Shown piece by piece: positions 31,958-42,673 of a stretch of 64,000 nt of DNA. The position numbers and the translations under genes were made by a program. The DNA lies in the NCBI GenBank assembly GCA_038227875.1, contig JBBRPR010000008.1, positions 1-64,000 of the forward strand, in the 5' to 3' direction. Under the pieces are notes generated by a model. The model made no database searches. It saw only the letters and a program-made list of their open reading frames with translations, and was not told where the DNA came from. Positions within the stretch are counted from its first letter, which is position 1, and every line of letters starts with the position of its first letter. Origin of the DNA: Planctomycetota bacterium (lineage in GTDB: Bacteria > Planctomycetota > SZUA-567 > H5-PLA8).

Positions 31958-33256
31958 TCAGTCGTTATTGCCCGTGCGCGCCGCGTTGCCACCGGTCATC
32001 GGCCACGCGTCCGGACCCGGCATGCCGGTGCGGATGCATTGGAATTTGCTGTGGTAGCCGAGCAACAGGCGTTGGCCGGCGAGGACTGGCGTGGCGTAGC
32101 CGGCTTCTTTCGTGGAGTAGGTCCAGATCAGCTTACCATCCTCGGCGTTGAGGCAGTAGGTGGACATCTGGTTGTAGATGCTGACGGCGTAGAGTCGCGT
32201 GCCGCAGACGGAAATCTGCGCGTTGACCATGCCTAGGGCATTGAATACCCAGATTTTCTCGCCGGTATCAGAATTCAGGCAGGTCACGGCTCCGTCGTCG
32301 CCGCCGTAGTAGACGCGACCAGCTGAGATGGCCGGCGGAGAACTGGTCCGGCCTTCGCCTTCGTACTCCCAGATTTTTGCGCCAGTTTTCAAATCGACAC
32401 AGAAGACTTTCTTGTTGTTGCCGCAGGCGTACGCGCGTCCCTTTGCGATCGACGCTCCGGCGTACGCGGAATCTCCGATTTGAAATTCCCAAATGTGCTT
32501 TCCCGTTTCCACGGACAGGCAATGCACTGACATATCCAATCCACCGACGAGCACGCAACCATCGGAAATGCTGGGTGCTGAGAGAATTGTTTTTGGCGCC
32601 TGGTATTCCCAGATCTTCTTTCCGCTGGCAGCATCGAGACAGAAGAGCATGTCGTCGTTGACGAGAAATAATTTTCCGCCACTGACCATCGGCGGCGTGA
32701 ACGTCTGGCTGTCTTCGCTGTGAAAGGTCCAGAGCTGCGCGCCGTTTTTGGCGTCGAGGCACAGCAGCGTGCCGTCGGGGCTGCCGTTCTTGCGCGTGCG
32801 GATGATGTAGACGCGGCCGTCGGCGACGGCCGGCGAGTGGAACATCATGCCTTCGATCGGCGTCTTCCAGAGCACTTTTCCGCTCTCCAGTTCGAGGCAG
32901 AAAAAGTTCATGTCCTTGTTGCCGACGTAGACGCGCCCGCCGTCGACAACGGGAAGTCCGAAAACGTAGCCGGCTTCGAAATCCCACGCGAGTCCACCGA
33001 CCGGCCACTTCGCGATCAGGGCCGTGAGGCGATGCTTAGCCTCCGGGTCTTCGGCCTTGTCGAGTGCCGCTTTCACCGGTGCGGCCACCACTTCTCCCAT
33101 TTTCAGGAGCAAGTTCGTGGCGGATTCGCGCTCGGCGAAGTCCTCGCTGCTGAGATCCGCGATGGCGGCTTTGACTACTTCCGCGTCGGGCACCTTTTCG
33201 GCGCTGCACACGCGGATGGCGAGAATGAGCATTGCGACGATCGCCATGGGCCGCAT
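31958..33256 (-). CDS. Secreted PQQ-like/BamB-type beta-propeller protein
   Basis: Signal peptide, HEAT-like helix pair, about 8 repeats of P...GRVY..CL...GK.IW. Confidence 0.88.
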   Translation of the reverse strand: MRPMAIVAMLILAIRVCSAEKVPDAEVVKAAIADLSSEDFAERESATNLLLKMGEVVAAPVKAALDKAEDPEAKHRLTALIAKWPVGGLAWDFEAGYVFGLPVVDGGRVYVGNKDMNFFCLELESGKVLWKTPIEGMMFHSPAVADGRVYIIRTRKNGSPDGTLLCLDAKNGAQLWTFHSEDSQTFTPPMVSGGKLFLVNDDMLFCLDAASGKKIWEYQAPKTILSAPSISDGCVLVGGLDMSVHCLSVETGKHIWEFQIGDSAYAGASIAKGRAYACGNNKKVFCVDLKTGAKIWEYEGEGRTSSPPAISAGRVYYGGDDGAVTCLNSDTGEKIWVFNALGMVNAQISVCGTRLYAVSIYNQMSTYCLNAEDGKLIWTYSTKEAGYATPVLAGQRLLLGYHSKFQCIRTGMPGPDAWPMTGGNAARTGNND

Positions 33257-33272
33257 CGCACCACCTCGTGGG

Positions 33273-33341
33273 ACCTTCAGGCCAATTGGCCTGAAGGTTC
33301 ATTTGTACCCGGTGACCTTGTCGACCGTGGTCGACAAGGTC
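33273..33341. repeat. Two adjacent palindromes (REP-like doublet)
   Basis: ACCTTCAGGCCAATTGGCCTGAAGGT (33273-33298) and GACCTTGTCGACC-gt-GGTCGACAAGGTC (33314-33341). Confidence 0.8.
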
Positions 33342-33348
33342 GGAGCCT

Positions 33349-33726
33349 CTAGTTCGCGCCGGGAGCTTTGACCGGATTGCCGCCCTTTGACCACCCGCCG
33401 AAGCCGCCAGCCATGCTCTTCACGTTCTTAAAGCCCAGCTTTTTGAGCTGCTGCGCCGCAAACAGGCTGCGCGTGCCGCCGCCACAGTAACAGACGATCG
33501 GCGCGTTTTCGTCCTGCGTGATTTTGAGGATCTGCATCTCGAGCATGCCGCGCGGAATTGGCGTCGCGCCGGGAATGATCCCGCGTTCGTGTTCGAGCGG
33601 TTCGCGCACATCGATGAGAATGTAGGGAAGCTGGCCCTTATCAAAATCTGCGCGGACATCGGTCGTGGACACTTCCGGAATGTCTTTGCGCGCATCGTCG
33701 GCCAGTTCTTGAATGGATCGGAGCAT
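33349..33726 (-). CDS. Rhodanese-like protein
   Basis: IDVRE..E..G.IPGA, YCGGGTRS, MAGGFGGW. Confidence 0.9.
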   Translation of the reverse strand: MLRSIQELADDARKDIPEVSTTDVRADFDKGQLPYILIDVREPLEHERGIIPGATPIPRGMLEMQILKITQDENAPIVCYCGGGTRSLFAAQQLKKLGFKNVKSMAGGFGGWSKGGNPVKAPGAN

Positions 33727-33879
33727 GAGTTAGGTCCCTTTCTGTGATGCAGTATTGTACTGCAATCAGCGCGGTTTTCCAAAAGAGTCAGGGGCCAATC
33801 TCACCACGTCCCCTTTGACCCGCCGCTGAAACGCTATAAACTTTGTTCACAATTGTAATTCAACTTTCCGGAGAAAACG

Positions 33880-34344
33880 ATGAAATCGCATGAGGTCCTG
33901 AAGCAGGCGATTGCCGCCGGCAATATTAAAACCATGGCGAGCAAGATGGGTCTCTCGACGTCGCTGGTCTATAAGTGGTGTCAGGAACCACCGATCAACG
34001 AGGTTCCCGACCAGAGCGGCGCGAAGAATCCGCTCGACCGCGTCGTGGAGCTCTACCGACTCACCGGTGAGCCGTTTGTGATTTCGTGGGTGTGTGAGCA
34101 GGCCGGGGGATACTTCGTGGAAAACCCCAAGCGCGAACCGGTACCGCCCGGCGCGGCTGTCTTGATGAATACGCAGGCACTGATCAAGGAATTCTCGGAT
34201 CTGCTCGGCGAAGTGTCCAAGGCAGTCGAAGATGGTTCGGGGATTGATCCGCACGAGGCCGAAAAAATCCGCCGCGAGTGGGAGCAGCTCAAACGCAAGG
34301 CGGAATGTTTCGTGGTCGGTTGCGAGAACGGCACGTTCAAGTAG
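33880..34344 (+). CDS. Phage regulatory CII/CP76-like HTH protein
   Basis: [35 protein letters not shown]. Confidence 0.65.
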   Translation: MKSHEVLKQAIAAGNIKTMASKMGLSTSLVYKWCQEPPINEVPDQSGAKNPLDRVVELYRLTGEPFVISWVCEQAGGYFVENPKREPVPPGAAVLMNTQALIKEFSDLLGEVSKAVEDGSGIDPHEAEKIRREWEQLKRKAECFVVGCENGTFK

Positions 34345-35404
34345 TCGGCGCGGGCCCGTCGTACTTCGCGATGTACTCTTCCGCCTGTTTCACCAGATCC
34401 TTGTTGCCGATGAACAGCGGCACGCGCTGATGCAGTGACGTGGGCTGGACGTCGAGGATGCCCTTGCGGCCGTCGCTGGCGTAGCCACCGGCCTGTTCGG
34501 CGATCATCGCCAGCGGCGCCGCTTCATACAAGAGCCGCAACTTGCCGTGAGGTTTCTTCGGATCCTTGCGGTCGCCGGGATAACAGAAAATTCCGCCCGC
34601 GAGCAGATTGCGGTGGAAATCGGCGACCAGCGAACCGATGTAGCGGCAGGAAAGATTGAGCGTTTCTTTCCCGGTGCTGACGGCGGGCAGATCTTCGCCG
34701 CCCTGCAGATACCGCATGAAGCGCAGCACTCCAGGGCTCCAGAACCGTTCGTTGCCGGTGTTCACGGAATAGTACTGGGCCTTGTTCGGAATTTTAATGT
34801 TGGGGTGCGAGAGAATGAATTCGCCCCAGCGGTGGTTGAGCGTGAAGCCGTGCACGCCAAAGCCGGTCGTGTACACCATCATCGTGCTGGAGCCGTAAAT
34901 CACGTAACCGGCGGCGACGAGTTTGCGGCCCGGCTGCAGGCAGTCGGCGAGCGTGCCCGGTCCGTGTGTGGAGGTGCGCTGGTAGATGGCGAAAATTGTG
35001 CCGACGCTGACGTTGTAATCGATGTTCGATGAGCCATCGAGCGGGTCGTAGAGCAGCACGTATTTTCCAGTCGGGTATTTATCAGGAATGGGAATGATGT
35101 CAGCGCTTTCCTCGGAAGCCATGCACGCCAGACGGCCGGTGTGATCGTTGAGGCGGAAGATCGTGCTGTCGGCGAATTTGTCCATCTTCATCACCTGCTC
35201 GCCCTGCACATTCTCTTCGCCGGCGCGGCCGAGCGTGTCGGTGAGTCCGGCCTGGATGACGTTGCTAGCAATGATTTTTCCGCAAAGTGCGATGTCATAG
35301 AGAATGTTGATGAGGTGGCCGCTGGTGTCGCCGAGCTTGTACTGCTGTTCGAGAATGTGGCGTTCGATGGTGATGATCTGACCGGAATTCGCGCCGTCTG
35401 GCAT
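34337..35404 (-). CDS. fbp: Class I fructose-1,6-bisphosphatase
   Basis: [45 protein letters not shown]. Confidence 0.96.
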   Translation of the reverse strand: MPDGANSGQIITIERHILEQQYKLGDTSGHLINILYDIALCGKIIASNVIQAGLTDTLGRAGEENVQGEQVMKMDKFADSTIFRLNDHTGRLACMASEESADIIPIPDKYPTGKYVLLYDPLDGSSNIDYNVSVGTIFAIYQRTSTHGPGTLADCLQPGRKLVAAGYVIYGSSTMMVYTTGFGVHGFTLNHRWGEFILSHPNIKIPNKAQYYSVNTGNERFWSPGVLRFMRYLQGGEDLPAVSTGKETLNLSCRYIGSLVADFHRNLLAGGIFCYPGDRKDPKKPHGKLRLLYEAAPLAMIAEQAGGYASDGRKGILDVQPTSLHQRVPLFIGNKDLVKQAEEYIAKYDGPAPTT

Positions 35405-35477
35405 GTTAGTCCCCCGCATCGAGTGCCGATGCACTGGTCATACAAAAGCGCGCGGGATATGCAAATGCGCGCGCAGC

Positions 35478-35523
35478 GCGCGCCGACGCGCGAGGGGTCA
35501 GGGGTCAGGGCCAGGGGTCAGAG
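35478..35523 (+). repeat. GCGCGCCGACGCGCGA(GGGGTCA)n repeat, solo copy
   Basis: Matches 20762-20809. Confidence 0.8.
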
Positions 35524-35585
35524 ATCGGGGCGAGTACGAGCAGGTCATTTGTCTCCACGCGGTTGAGTTAGAAAAAGAAGAAGAA

Positions 35586-37397
35586 CTACTCGATCTCGCG
35601 GTAAGCGACGTTGTTCAGCGCGGTGCCAGTTGCGTGAATGGCGTCGAGGTTCAGTGCGCCGCGCCGCGTGATTATTGTGCGGCCGAAGCTGAATGCGGCA
35701 TCGATGACCGTTCCCGTGGGCAGGCGTTTGACGATCAGCTCGACGGAGAAGTGGCGGTCGATGCCTTCTACGTTTGTGATCGCGAAGTCTTCGGCGTCGG
35801 CGGCGAGTCCGCGGCTTTCGGGAGCGGGATTGCCGTTTATGGAAACGCCCCATTGAATGCGGCGCTGCGCAGGTTCGAAGCGGAGTTCCAGCGCCTTCGC
35901 CGCGTCACCGAGGCGGATCGCGAATGACTCGCGGGTCTCGCTGGGTTTCACATCGAACTTCAGGTGGAACGACGTCGCCGCGGGAAGCGCGCGCGTCGAG
36001 GCTGGCGGCAGCGACTCGGCGAGTACACGCCATTCGCCGCCCGCGGGAATGAGTTCGGGAAGCCAGCGGATCTCCAGGTTGCCGTCGGCACGCTGTTGCA
36101 ATTCGCGGACGACCAGCACGCCGCCCCAACCGGCACCGTCGTAACAGCCGACCCAACCGGCGAGGATCAGGCGGCCCTTGAACGTGGCAGCCATGGGAAC
36201 CATCAGGCCATCGTAAATGTCCCACGCCGGAGTCGTCACGGGCGACGACGCTGCGGGATGCTTCCAGAACGGCCCGGCGCTCGACCGCGACATGAAGAAG
36301 CCCGTGCGGCCCATCAAAATGTAGTGCCACGAACCGAACTGGAAGTAGCACGGGCATTCGTTGCTCATGCCACTCTGTTCCGCCAGGAAATGAGCTTCGG
36401 CCAGCGTCCACGTTTTGAGATCCGCAGACGTGTATCTTTTCTGGCCGGAGATGACATTCCAAGTGTCCGTCTTGTAAACGCCGGGCTGCACGATCTCCAT
36501 GCAATGATTCTGATGCTTGGTGAAATGTTCGCCGTCGTCGCTGGTCGCCATCCACATGCCGCGGCGGCTGCGCGCGCTCAGGTAGCGTTCGCCGTGCTGC
36601 TCGTAGAACAGGACCATCCGTTCTCCGTCAGAGACGCAGGTGCCGGTACCGATCGCCTCCCACGGTTCGTCAATGGGAATCGCGGGAGGATGCTGCTTCC
36701 ACGTGCGCAGGTCGGCGGAACTCAAGTGATAAAACTGATGCGCGCCCGCCATCCATTTGCTGCCATGCTTGCGCCGGTCGTGGAGGTAGAACAAATGCAG
36801 CTCGCCCTTGTGAACGCAGAGCATCACGTCGCCGGCGGTCGTGTTGTGTCCGCGCGGACGCCAATACTGGGGAAGCTGGTCCTCCTTGCCGAGCAGTGCC
36901 GTGGCGCGCTTCTCGTCCGGTGCCGGAATCTTCGCGAAGAGCTCCGCATCGGAGAGATCGCAATTGAACACCTCCGCGCGTTTGACAAGGTCGGAGCGCA
37001 CCACGACCGGTTCACCGCGCAATGGCGTGAATGGCCACTCTTCGTCGACGAGGATGCCATCCACGAACAGTTCCACGCGGCCCGGCCGCCGACGCACCGC
37101 GACCGAAAGTTCGCGCCCGAATTCCACTGAGGTCAACGGGCAGGTCAGCGAAAAGATCCCGAACTCCATATTCAGCGGCACTCCCCAGCCGGGACGTGAT
37201 CGGCGCTCAGTGATGTCGCCGGTCGGGATCTGGACTTTGATCGTGCAGCGTAGCGTGGCGCGGGTCTCGTTCACGAGGAAGTCGAGGCGGCAGTCGCCGA
37301 GGAGAATTTCATGTTCGCCCTGTCGTGAGGGCACGCGCACGTTCAACACCCAGGTCGCGCGATCGTCGCCGGAGTGTGTTTCACCGATGTTTTTCAT
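35586..37397 (-). CDS. Five-bladed beta-propeller glycoside hydrolase (GH32-like) with N-terminal LamG-like region
   Basis: AGDV..LHLFYL, H.SSADLRTW, GTGT, SDDG.HF, NECP motif. Confidence 0.7.
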   Translation of the reverse strand: MKNIGETHSGDDRATWVLNVRVPSRQGEHEILLGDCRLDFLVNETRATLRCTIKVQIPTGDITERRSRPGWGVPLNMEFGIFSLTCPLTSVEFGRELSVAVRRRPGRVELFVDGILVDEEWPFTPLRGEPVVVRSDLVKRAEVFNCDLSDAELFAKIPAPDEKRATALLGKEDQLPQYWRPRGHNTTAGDVMLCVHKGELHLFYLHDRRKHGSKWMAGAHQFYHLSSADLRTWKQHPPAIPIDEPWEAIGTGTCVSDGERMVLFYEQHGERYLSARSRRGMWMATSDDGEHFTKHQNHCMEIVQPGVYKTDTWNVISGQKRYTSADLKTWTLAEAHFLAEQSGMSNECPCYFQFGSWHYILMGRTGFFMSRSSAGPFWKHPAASSPVTTPAWDIYDGLMVPMAATFKGRLILAGWVGCYDGAGWGGVLVVRELQQRADGNLEIRWLPELIPAGGEWRVLAESLPPASTRALPAATSFHLKFDVKPSETRESFAIRLGDAAKALELRFEPAQRRIQWGVSINGNPAPESRGLAADAEDFAITNVEGIDRHFSVELIVKRLPTGTVIDAAFSFGRTIITRRGALNLDAIHATGTALNNVAYREIE

Positions 37398-37400
37398 GAT

Positions 37401-38261
37401 CTATTTTTCCCACGGTCCGTTGCGGCGCAAGGCCGTCGGACTCAGCCCAATGGATTGCCGGATGAATTTGGAAAACGAAAACTGGTCGGCAAAGCCGAAG
37501 TCTTCCGCGATGACGCTGAGCGGATCGTTACTGATCAGGAGTTGTTCGATGGCGCGCGCCGCCAGTTGCTGCCGGTGCCACGTGCGCGGATTTACGCCAA
37601 ACTGTTCGCGAAACCGCCGCGAGAAATGTTCGCGTGAGCTGCCCGCGCGCGTGGCAAGCCTCGCGACATCCGCGCCGCCGGCCGGCGCGTGCGCGAGGTG
37701 TTCGAGCGTGCTCTTCCACTGGCGCGCCACCTGCAATTGAGACGATACGTCGGTCCAGCGGATGTTGACGAGCCGCCCGAGGTGCCAGCGCAGCAGCGCT
37801 TCGCTACGCAACCAGTCTTCCGGTTGCTCCATTTTCAGCGCCGACCACGCATCCAGGGAATCTCGCCTGGCGATGCGGCAGGATTTCAACTGCGCCGACG
37901 CGCCCAGCACGTCATGGCCCGGCGCAGCCTCGAGGCGAAAATGAAAACCGATCAGGCGCAGTCCGCTCTCGAATTCGAACTGATACAGCCGGCGCGCCGG
38001 GAGGAACAGGACTGTTCCTGGTTGGAGTGGCAGCGTGGTGCGGCTGGCGACATCCACGACACGACCGCCGCGCGCGGGCGAACCGTGCGGCACAATGAAG
38101 AGGCGGTGGTAGTCGATGCGATTGCGATTGAGCAGACGTGAAAAAATGTCGCGCCGTGCGTGCGGGCAGATCAGGCGCAGGACGCTGCGGCTCCAATTCC
38201 AGAGGTCGCCGGATTGTGCGGGTGGGATGCCGTCGCTGGCCTGGCGGGTTTCGGTGCTCAC
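37401..38261 (-). CDS. AraC family transcriptional regulator
   Basis: SREHFSRRFREQFG, IAEDFGFADQFSFSKF..G.SP. Confidence 0.9.
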   Translation of the reverse strand: MSTETRQASDGIPPAQSGDLWNWSRSVLRLICPHARRDIFSRLLNRNRIDYHRLFIVPHGSPARGGRVVDVASRTTLPLQPGTVLFLPARRLYQFEFESGLRLIGFHFRLEAAPGHDVLGASAQLKSCRIARRDSLDAWSALKMEQPEDWLRSEALLRWHLGRLVNIRWTDVSSQLQVARQWKSTLEHLAHAPAGGADVARLATRAGSSREHFSRRFREQFGVNPRTWHRQQLAARAIEQLLISNDPLSVIAEDFGFADQFSFSKFIRQSIGLSPTALRRNGPWEK

Positions 38262-39115
38262 GCGCCGATTCCTGAAACGTCGCGCGCCAATTCAACCGCG
38301 CCCAGCAGGGCCGTGTCGTAGCCCAGGGCACTGATCACGACTCGCGGTTTCGGGACCAAGGGTGTGCCCTCTTCAACGACACGTCGCGCGGGTGCGACAA
38401 ATTTCTCGCCGGCTCCAGTGACCACGCCGCCGCCGAGCGCGACGACTTCCGGCGCCAGCAGCGTTGTGGCATTGCGCAGGGCGATTCCGAGCAACCGGCC
38501 CGCATCGGCCCACACCGCGTCGTCCAATTCAGCTGCCGGCCGGCCGAAGCGCTTCTGGAGCGAGGTCCCCGAGACCAGCGCCTCCAGGCAATCGTACGAT
38601 CCGCATGCGCAAGGTACGCGCTCCGGCAAGCCGGAGGGCACCGATTGGTGGCCGAATTCTGGATGGCAGCCGTTCACGCCGTGAAAGATCTGCCCGTCGG
38701 TGATGAATCCGCCGCCGATTCCCGTGCTGACGGTAACGTAAAGCAGGCGGTGCACGCCATGCGCTCCACGCCGGAACTCCGCGAGCGCCGCGGCGTCGGT
38801 GTCGACGGCGATGCGGCTGGGCGCGCCGGTCCACGATTGAAGGTGCGCGACGATCGGAACATTGCGCCATTCCGCCTGGTGGAGCGGACTGGCGACACCG
38901 GTCTCCGCGTTCAGCGGTCCGCCGAGCGTGGCGCCGACGCCGACGATCCGGTCGGGGCCTTTTAGCTCAGCGATAGTGGAGCGAAGATACGCAAGCCCAT
39001 CGGCAAGAGATCGCGGCGTTGGCGCGCCGGTGCGGCGTAGGATCTCGCCGGAGGTGGTGGCTGCGGCCACCTGGATTTTCGTACCGCCGATGTCGCATGC
39101 GATCAGGATGCCCAT
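38258..39115 (-). CDS. ROK family sugar kinase
   Basis: DIGGTK, TVSTGIGGG, EFGH..C.CG..CLE; start at MGILIA. Confidence 0.9.
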   Translation of the reverse strand: MGILIACDIGGTKIQVAAATTSGEILRRTGAPTPRSLADGLAYLRSTIAELKGPDRIVGVGATLGGPLNAETGVASPLHQAEWRNVPIVAHLQSWTGAPSRIAVDTDAAALAEFRRGAHGVHRLLYVTVSTGIGGGFITDGQIFHGVNGCHPEFGHQSVPSGLPERVPCACGSYDCLEALVSGTSLQKRFGRPAAELDDAVWADAGRLLGIALRNATTLLAPEVVALGGGVVTGAGEKFVAPARRVVEEGTPLVPKPRVVISALGYDTALLGAVELARDVSGIGA

Positions 39116-39674
39116 GTCTGAAACATAGCATGGGGCGGATCCAAATACCATGGCTACATCGGATGTTGAGATGTCCGAATGTGATCTATGTTGAACGGAC
39201 CTAAGCAGAGCCCATCCTACTTTCCAAGCTAAAACTGCCGTGATGGATCTGTTGGAATACAAGACCCAATTTGCGTTGAAGCGGGACGAGTGTCGGCAGA
39301 TCGTACTCGCGAGCAGACTCAAAGTGACGTATATGAAGAAAATCGCCAGGGAATTCGTCCGAATCGTTCAGTCGTAAGGTTCCGCCAAACGATTGAATCG
39401 TCACACCGGTTGCTTCATCTGTTCGCCACTTTTCAAGATTTTTAAAAACTGTCAAAAATGAGAAAGACGATAAAGACGATGTTTGCTATAGTCTTTGCGT
39501 CAAATTAACTTCGGAAGGGCAGGTTCTCCGTGCTGCAGATCGGATGCCTGCTGTTTTGAATAAATGTGCTCGGAAGCCGTCTGACTCGCAGTTAATTATT
39601 TGGTTGACGAATGGGGACAACCAAATTAAATGCTCGGTGTGCGTTTTTGATGTCATCTCTTTTTGGAGGGGTCG

Positions 39675-40154
39675 ATGAAAAAGACTGTAATGATGGCGTG
39701 TATGCTGTTGAGTTTGGTTGCGGCTCGGGCGACGTTTGCTGCGACCGTGATGCTCGAAGATGCCAAGCTGGAGATTCCGGTTCCCGAAGGCTGGACTTCC
39801 GAAAAGGAAGCGGCCGTCGCGGTGCTCACCGCGCCCGACAAGGCCATGGCGATTGTGCTCGTCTCGCTGCCGGCTGAAAAGGCGGACAAGGCCTTTGAAG
39901 CGCTCGAAGACAAGCTCGACAAGGCCGTCGGCAAGGTGAAGTGGGACAAGAAGGGTACGAAGGACAAGCTCGCCGGCGTCGACGTTGAAATCTGGAACGG
40001 CACTGCCAAGGACGGCTCGCTCCAGGTCGAAGCGATCTACATGGATATCGGCGAAAAGACCGTCGGCATCTACTGGTTCGATTCTCCGGAATCGGAAAAG
40101 AAGTACGCCAAGGATATCGACACCATCTGCAAGGGAATGGCGATCAAGAAGTAA
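39675..40154 (+). CDS. Secreted hypothetical protein
   Basis: GGAGG RBS, signal peptide, IPVPEGW motif, strong codon bias. Confidence 0.8.
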   Translation: MKKTVMMACMLLSLVAARATFAATVMLEDAKLEIPVPEGWTSEKEAAVAVLTAPDKAMAIVLVSLPAEKADKAFEALEDKLDKAVGKVKWDKKGTKDKLAGVDVEIWNGTAKDGSLQVEAIYMDIGEKTVGIYWFDSPESEKKYAKDIDTICKGMAIKK

Positions 40155-40176
40155 GTTCGGTTCGTCGTGAATGGTT

Positions 40177-40214
40177 GGCGGCCCCAGGTGAAAAGCCTGG
40201 GGCCGCTTTTTTTT
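40177..40214 (+). terminator. Intrinsic terminator
   Basis: GCGGCCCCAGG-loop-CCTGGGGCCGC followed by T8. Confidence 0.85.
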
Positions 40215-40349
40215 ATCTCACGCAAAGCCGCTAAGACGCAAAGAACGGCGGGATTCGGGGTGACGTGATTCGGGATTCGATGCGAGTTCGAGTGGGCGAA
40301 GCGCGATTCTTAATCCCGATTTCCCAATGTGCGTGTCCGCTGTAGTCGG

Positions 40350-42622
40350 TCATTTTCCGGATTTAATTTGTCTTCGGATATTTTCCAGGTGCTGCCGCGC
40401 TTCGGTGTCGTTGGGGTTGAGCTCCAAGGCTCGAACGTAGTGTTGGGCGGCTTCGGCGTGTTGGTTGGTCTTCTCGAAGACGAGGCCCAGACCCCGGTGG
40501 AGCGACGCATCGTTGGGGATGGCGCGGAGCGCGGTGTCGTAGGTGTCGATGGCATCGGCGGGGCGGCCGGCTTCGAGTTGCGCGTTGGCCAGCGCGCGAT
40601 AGGCGGTTGGGAATCTAGGATTCACGCGGAGGATTTGCGTCAGGGCAAGACGGTAACTTTTGACGGCGTCTTCGGGCTGGTGCTGGGCGAGATAGATGTC
40701 GCCCATCATCGCGTGGGCGGCGGGATAATCGGGTTGAATCGCGACGGCGTTGCGTAAATGCGTCAGCGCGACATCCAGATGCTGCAGGCTGAAATGCGCG
40801 GCGGCAGAATTGACTTCGGCCACCGCGAGCTTGGGATTGAGCTTCAGCGCCTGTTCGAAATAGTCGAGCGCGGCGGCGGGCTTGTTCTGGTCAAGCATGA
40901 CCTGACCCATGTTGCTGTAGGCTTCGGCAAAATTCGGCGCGAGCTTCGTGGCGGCCTCGAAATGCGCCATGGCTTCGTCGAAGCGCTTCAACTTGCAGAG
41001 GCTGATGCCCAGCTGCGATTCGACGGTGGCGTCGGGCGCGAGCTGCAGCGCGGCATTGAATTCGGTGACGGAGTCTTCGATGCGGTCGATGGCGAAGAGC
41101 GCGTTCCCCAGCGCTGCATGGGTGCGCGCGACGGTCGCGTTCTTCTGGTTGGCCTGCGTCAGCGCGTCGACGGCTTCGGCGAAGTGGCCGAGATCGTGGA
41201 GTGTGATGCCGAGGTTGGTGAGAAAATCGGGGCGGGGGAGCAAGCGCACGGCGGTGCGGAATTCCTGGACGGCTTCTTCTTTCCGTCCGACTTCCACCAG
41301 GGCGAAGCCAAGATTGTTGTGGCCGCGCGCATGATCGGGCGCGCCTGGACGATTTTTTGCCAGACGTGGAGCACTGAATCGTAATCCTGATTCCGCACGA
41401 ACGTCCGGAGGCTCAAGGCCATGGCGAGCAGGGCGATGAGGCCTAACGCCAGCCGCCGCGCATGGGCCGGAACGACGCGGCGCGCGAGTTCGGTGAACAG
41501 CAGGACGATTGCGGTGATCACGGCAACGAGCGCCAGGTACATGCGGTATTCGACGGCCAGATCTTTTAGCGGCACGAGACTTGAGCTCGGCGCGAGCGTG
41601 ATGAAAAACCACGCGCCTAGCAGCGCGAACGGAGCGCGTTTGATCACGCCGTACACCGTCGCCAAGGCAAACGTTCCAACTATTGCGCAGGCCGGGGCGA
41701 GGTCGCTGGCGGATGCGGCGGGCCAGCCGTAATCGAAGCAGAGCGCATCGGGCCACACGGCCAGCCTCAGATAATGGAGGATCACCGCGGACGGGTTGAG
41801 CAGGTACTCCCACGACGTCATGGGATTTTCATTAATGTTGGCGGACTTTGCGACGCCGCCAAATTTCAGCAACAGACCCAGCACGATCCAGCTGGCAAAC
41901 AAGCCTGCGTAGAATAGTTTCGACTTGCGCAGCGCAGATCCGAAGGATCCGGCGACGAATTGGCGGTCGATCAGTAGTACGAGAATGGGCGCGCCAACCA
42001 TGACTTCTTTGCAACTCATGCCGAGCGTGCAGGCGAGCACGGATCCAGTCAGCAACAGGCGCCGTCGCGACGCGTAAAGGCCGCGGAGCGCCAGGTAGAG
42101 CGTCAGAAAGAAGAAAAAGCCCATCATCGATTCGCAGCGCTGGGTCACGTACGTCACGGCTTGGGTATTGAGCGGGTGGACGGCCCATAGCAACGCGATG
42201 CCTGAAGCGAGTAGCGCAGCGAGTTCGGCGAAGCGTTCGTGCAGGAGGCGGCGGAGAATTCCAAACACGAGGAGTGCGGAGCCGACGTGAAGGGCGAGGT
42301 TGACGACGTGGTAGCTCCATGGATTCAGTTCGCTGACGGCGTAGTTAAGCGCCAGTGAGAATGCGACGAGCGGTCGGCCGGTGAGCGAGGTGAAGTCGGG
42401 GGCGCTCAGCACGTATTGCAGCGGCCAGAGTGCGCGGACGTGCGGGTTGAAGACGATGGCGGTGCTGTCGTCGTAGACGAACGGCACGCGCAGCGAGTTG
42501 GCGTACGCGATGACGGTGGCGATGGCGATCAGCGGCGCGCTGATCAGCGCGTTGCCGGGGAGTTTGAAGCGTATCGGATCAGATTCAGCCAACTTAATTT
42601 GCCTCATTAGCAAGATCCGCAT
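40350..42622 (-). pseudogene. TMTC-like GT-C membrane protein with TPR repeats, split by a frameshift near 41335-41357
   Basis: N-part (FVYDD, RPL, HPLNTQAV, KE, EYRMYL) in ORF 41159-42622; TPR part (HNNLG, AYSNMG) in the -1 frame. Confidence 0.75.
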
Positions 42623-42673
42623 CGTATCAGCACGGTAGACTTTTGCGAATCTTGGGCTTAATGTTGAGGCTCA

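Noticed and set aside
39116..39455. N-terminal extension of the ROK ORF and an 84-aa ORF at 39201-39455
   Set aside because: AT-rich, no motifs; ROK homology starts at 39115.
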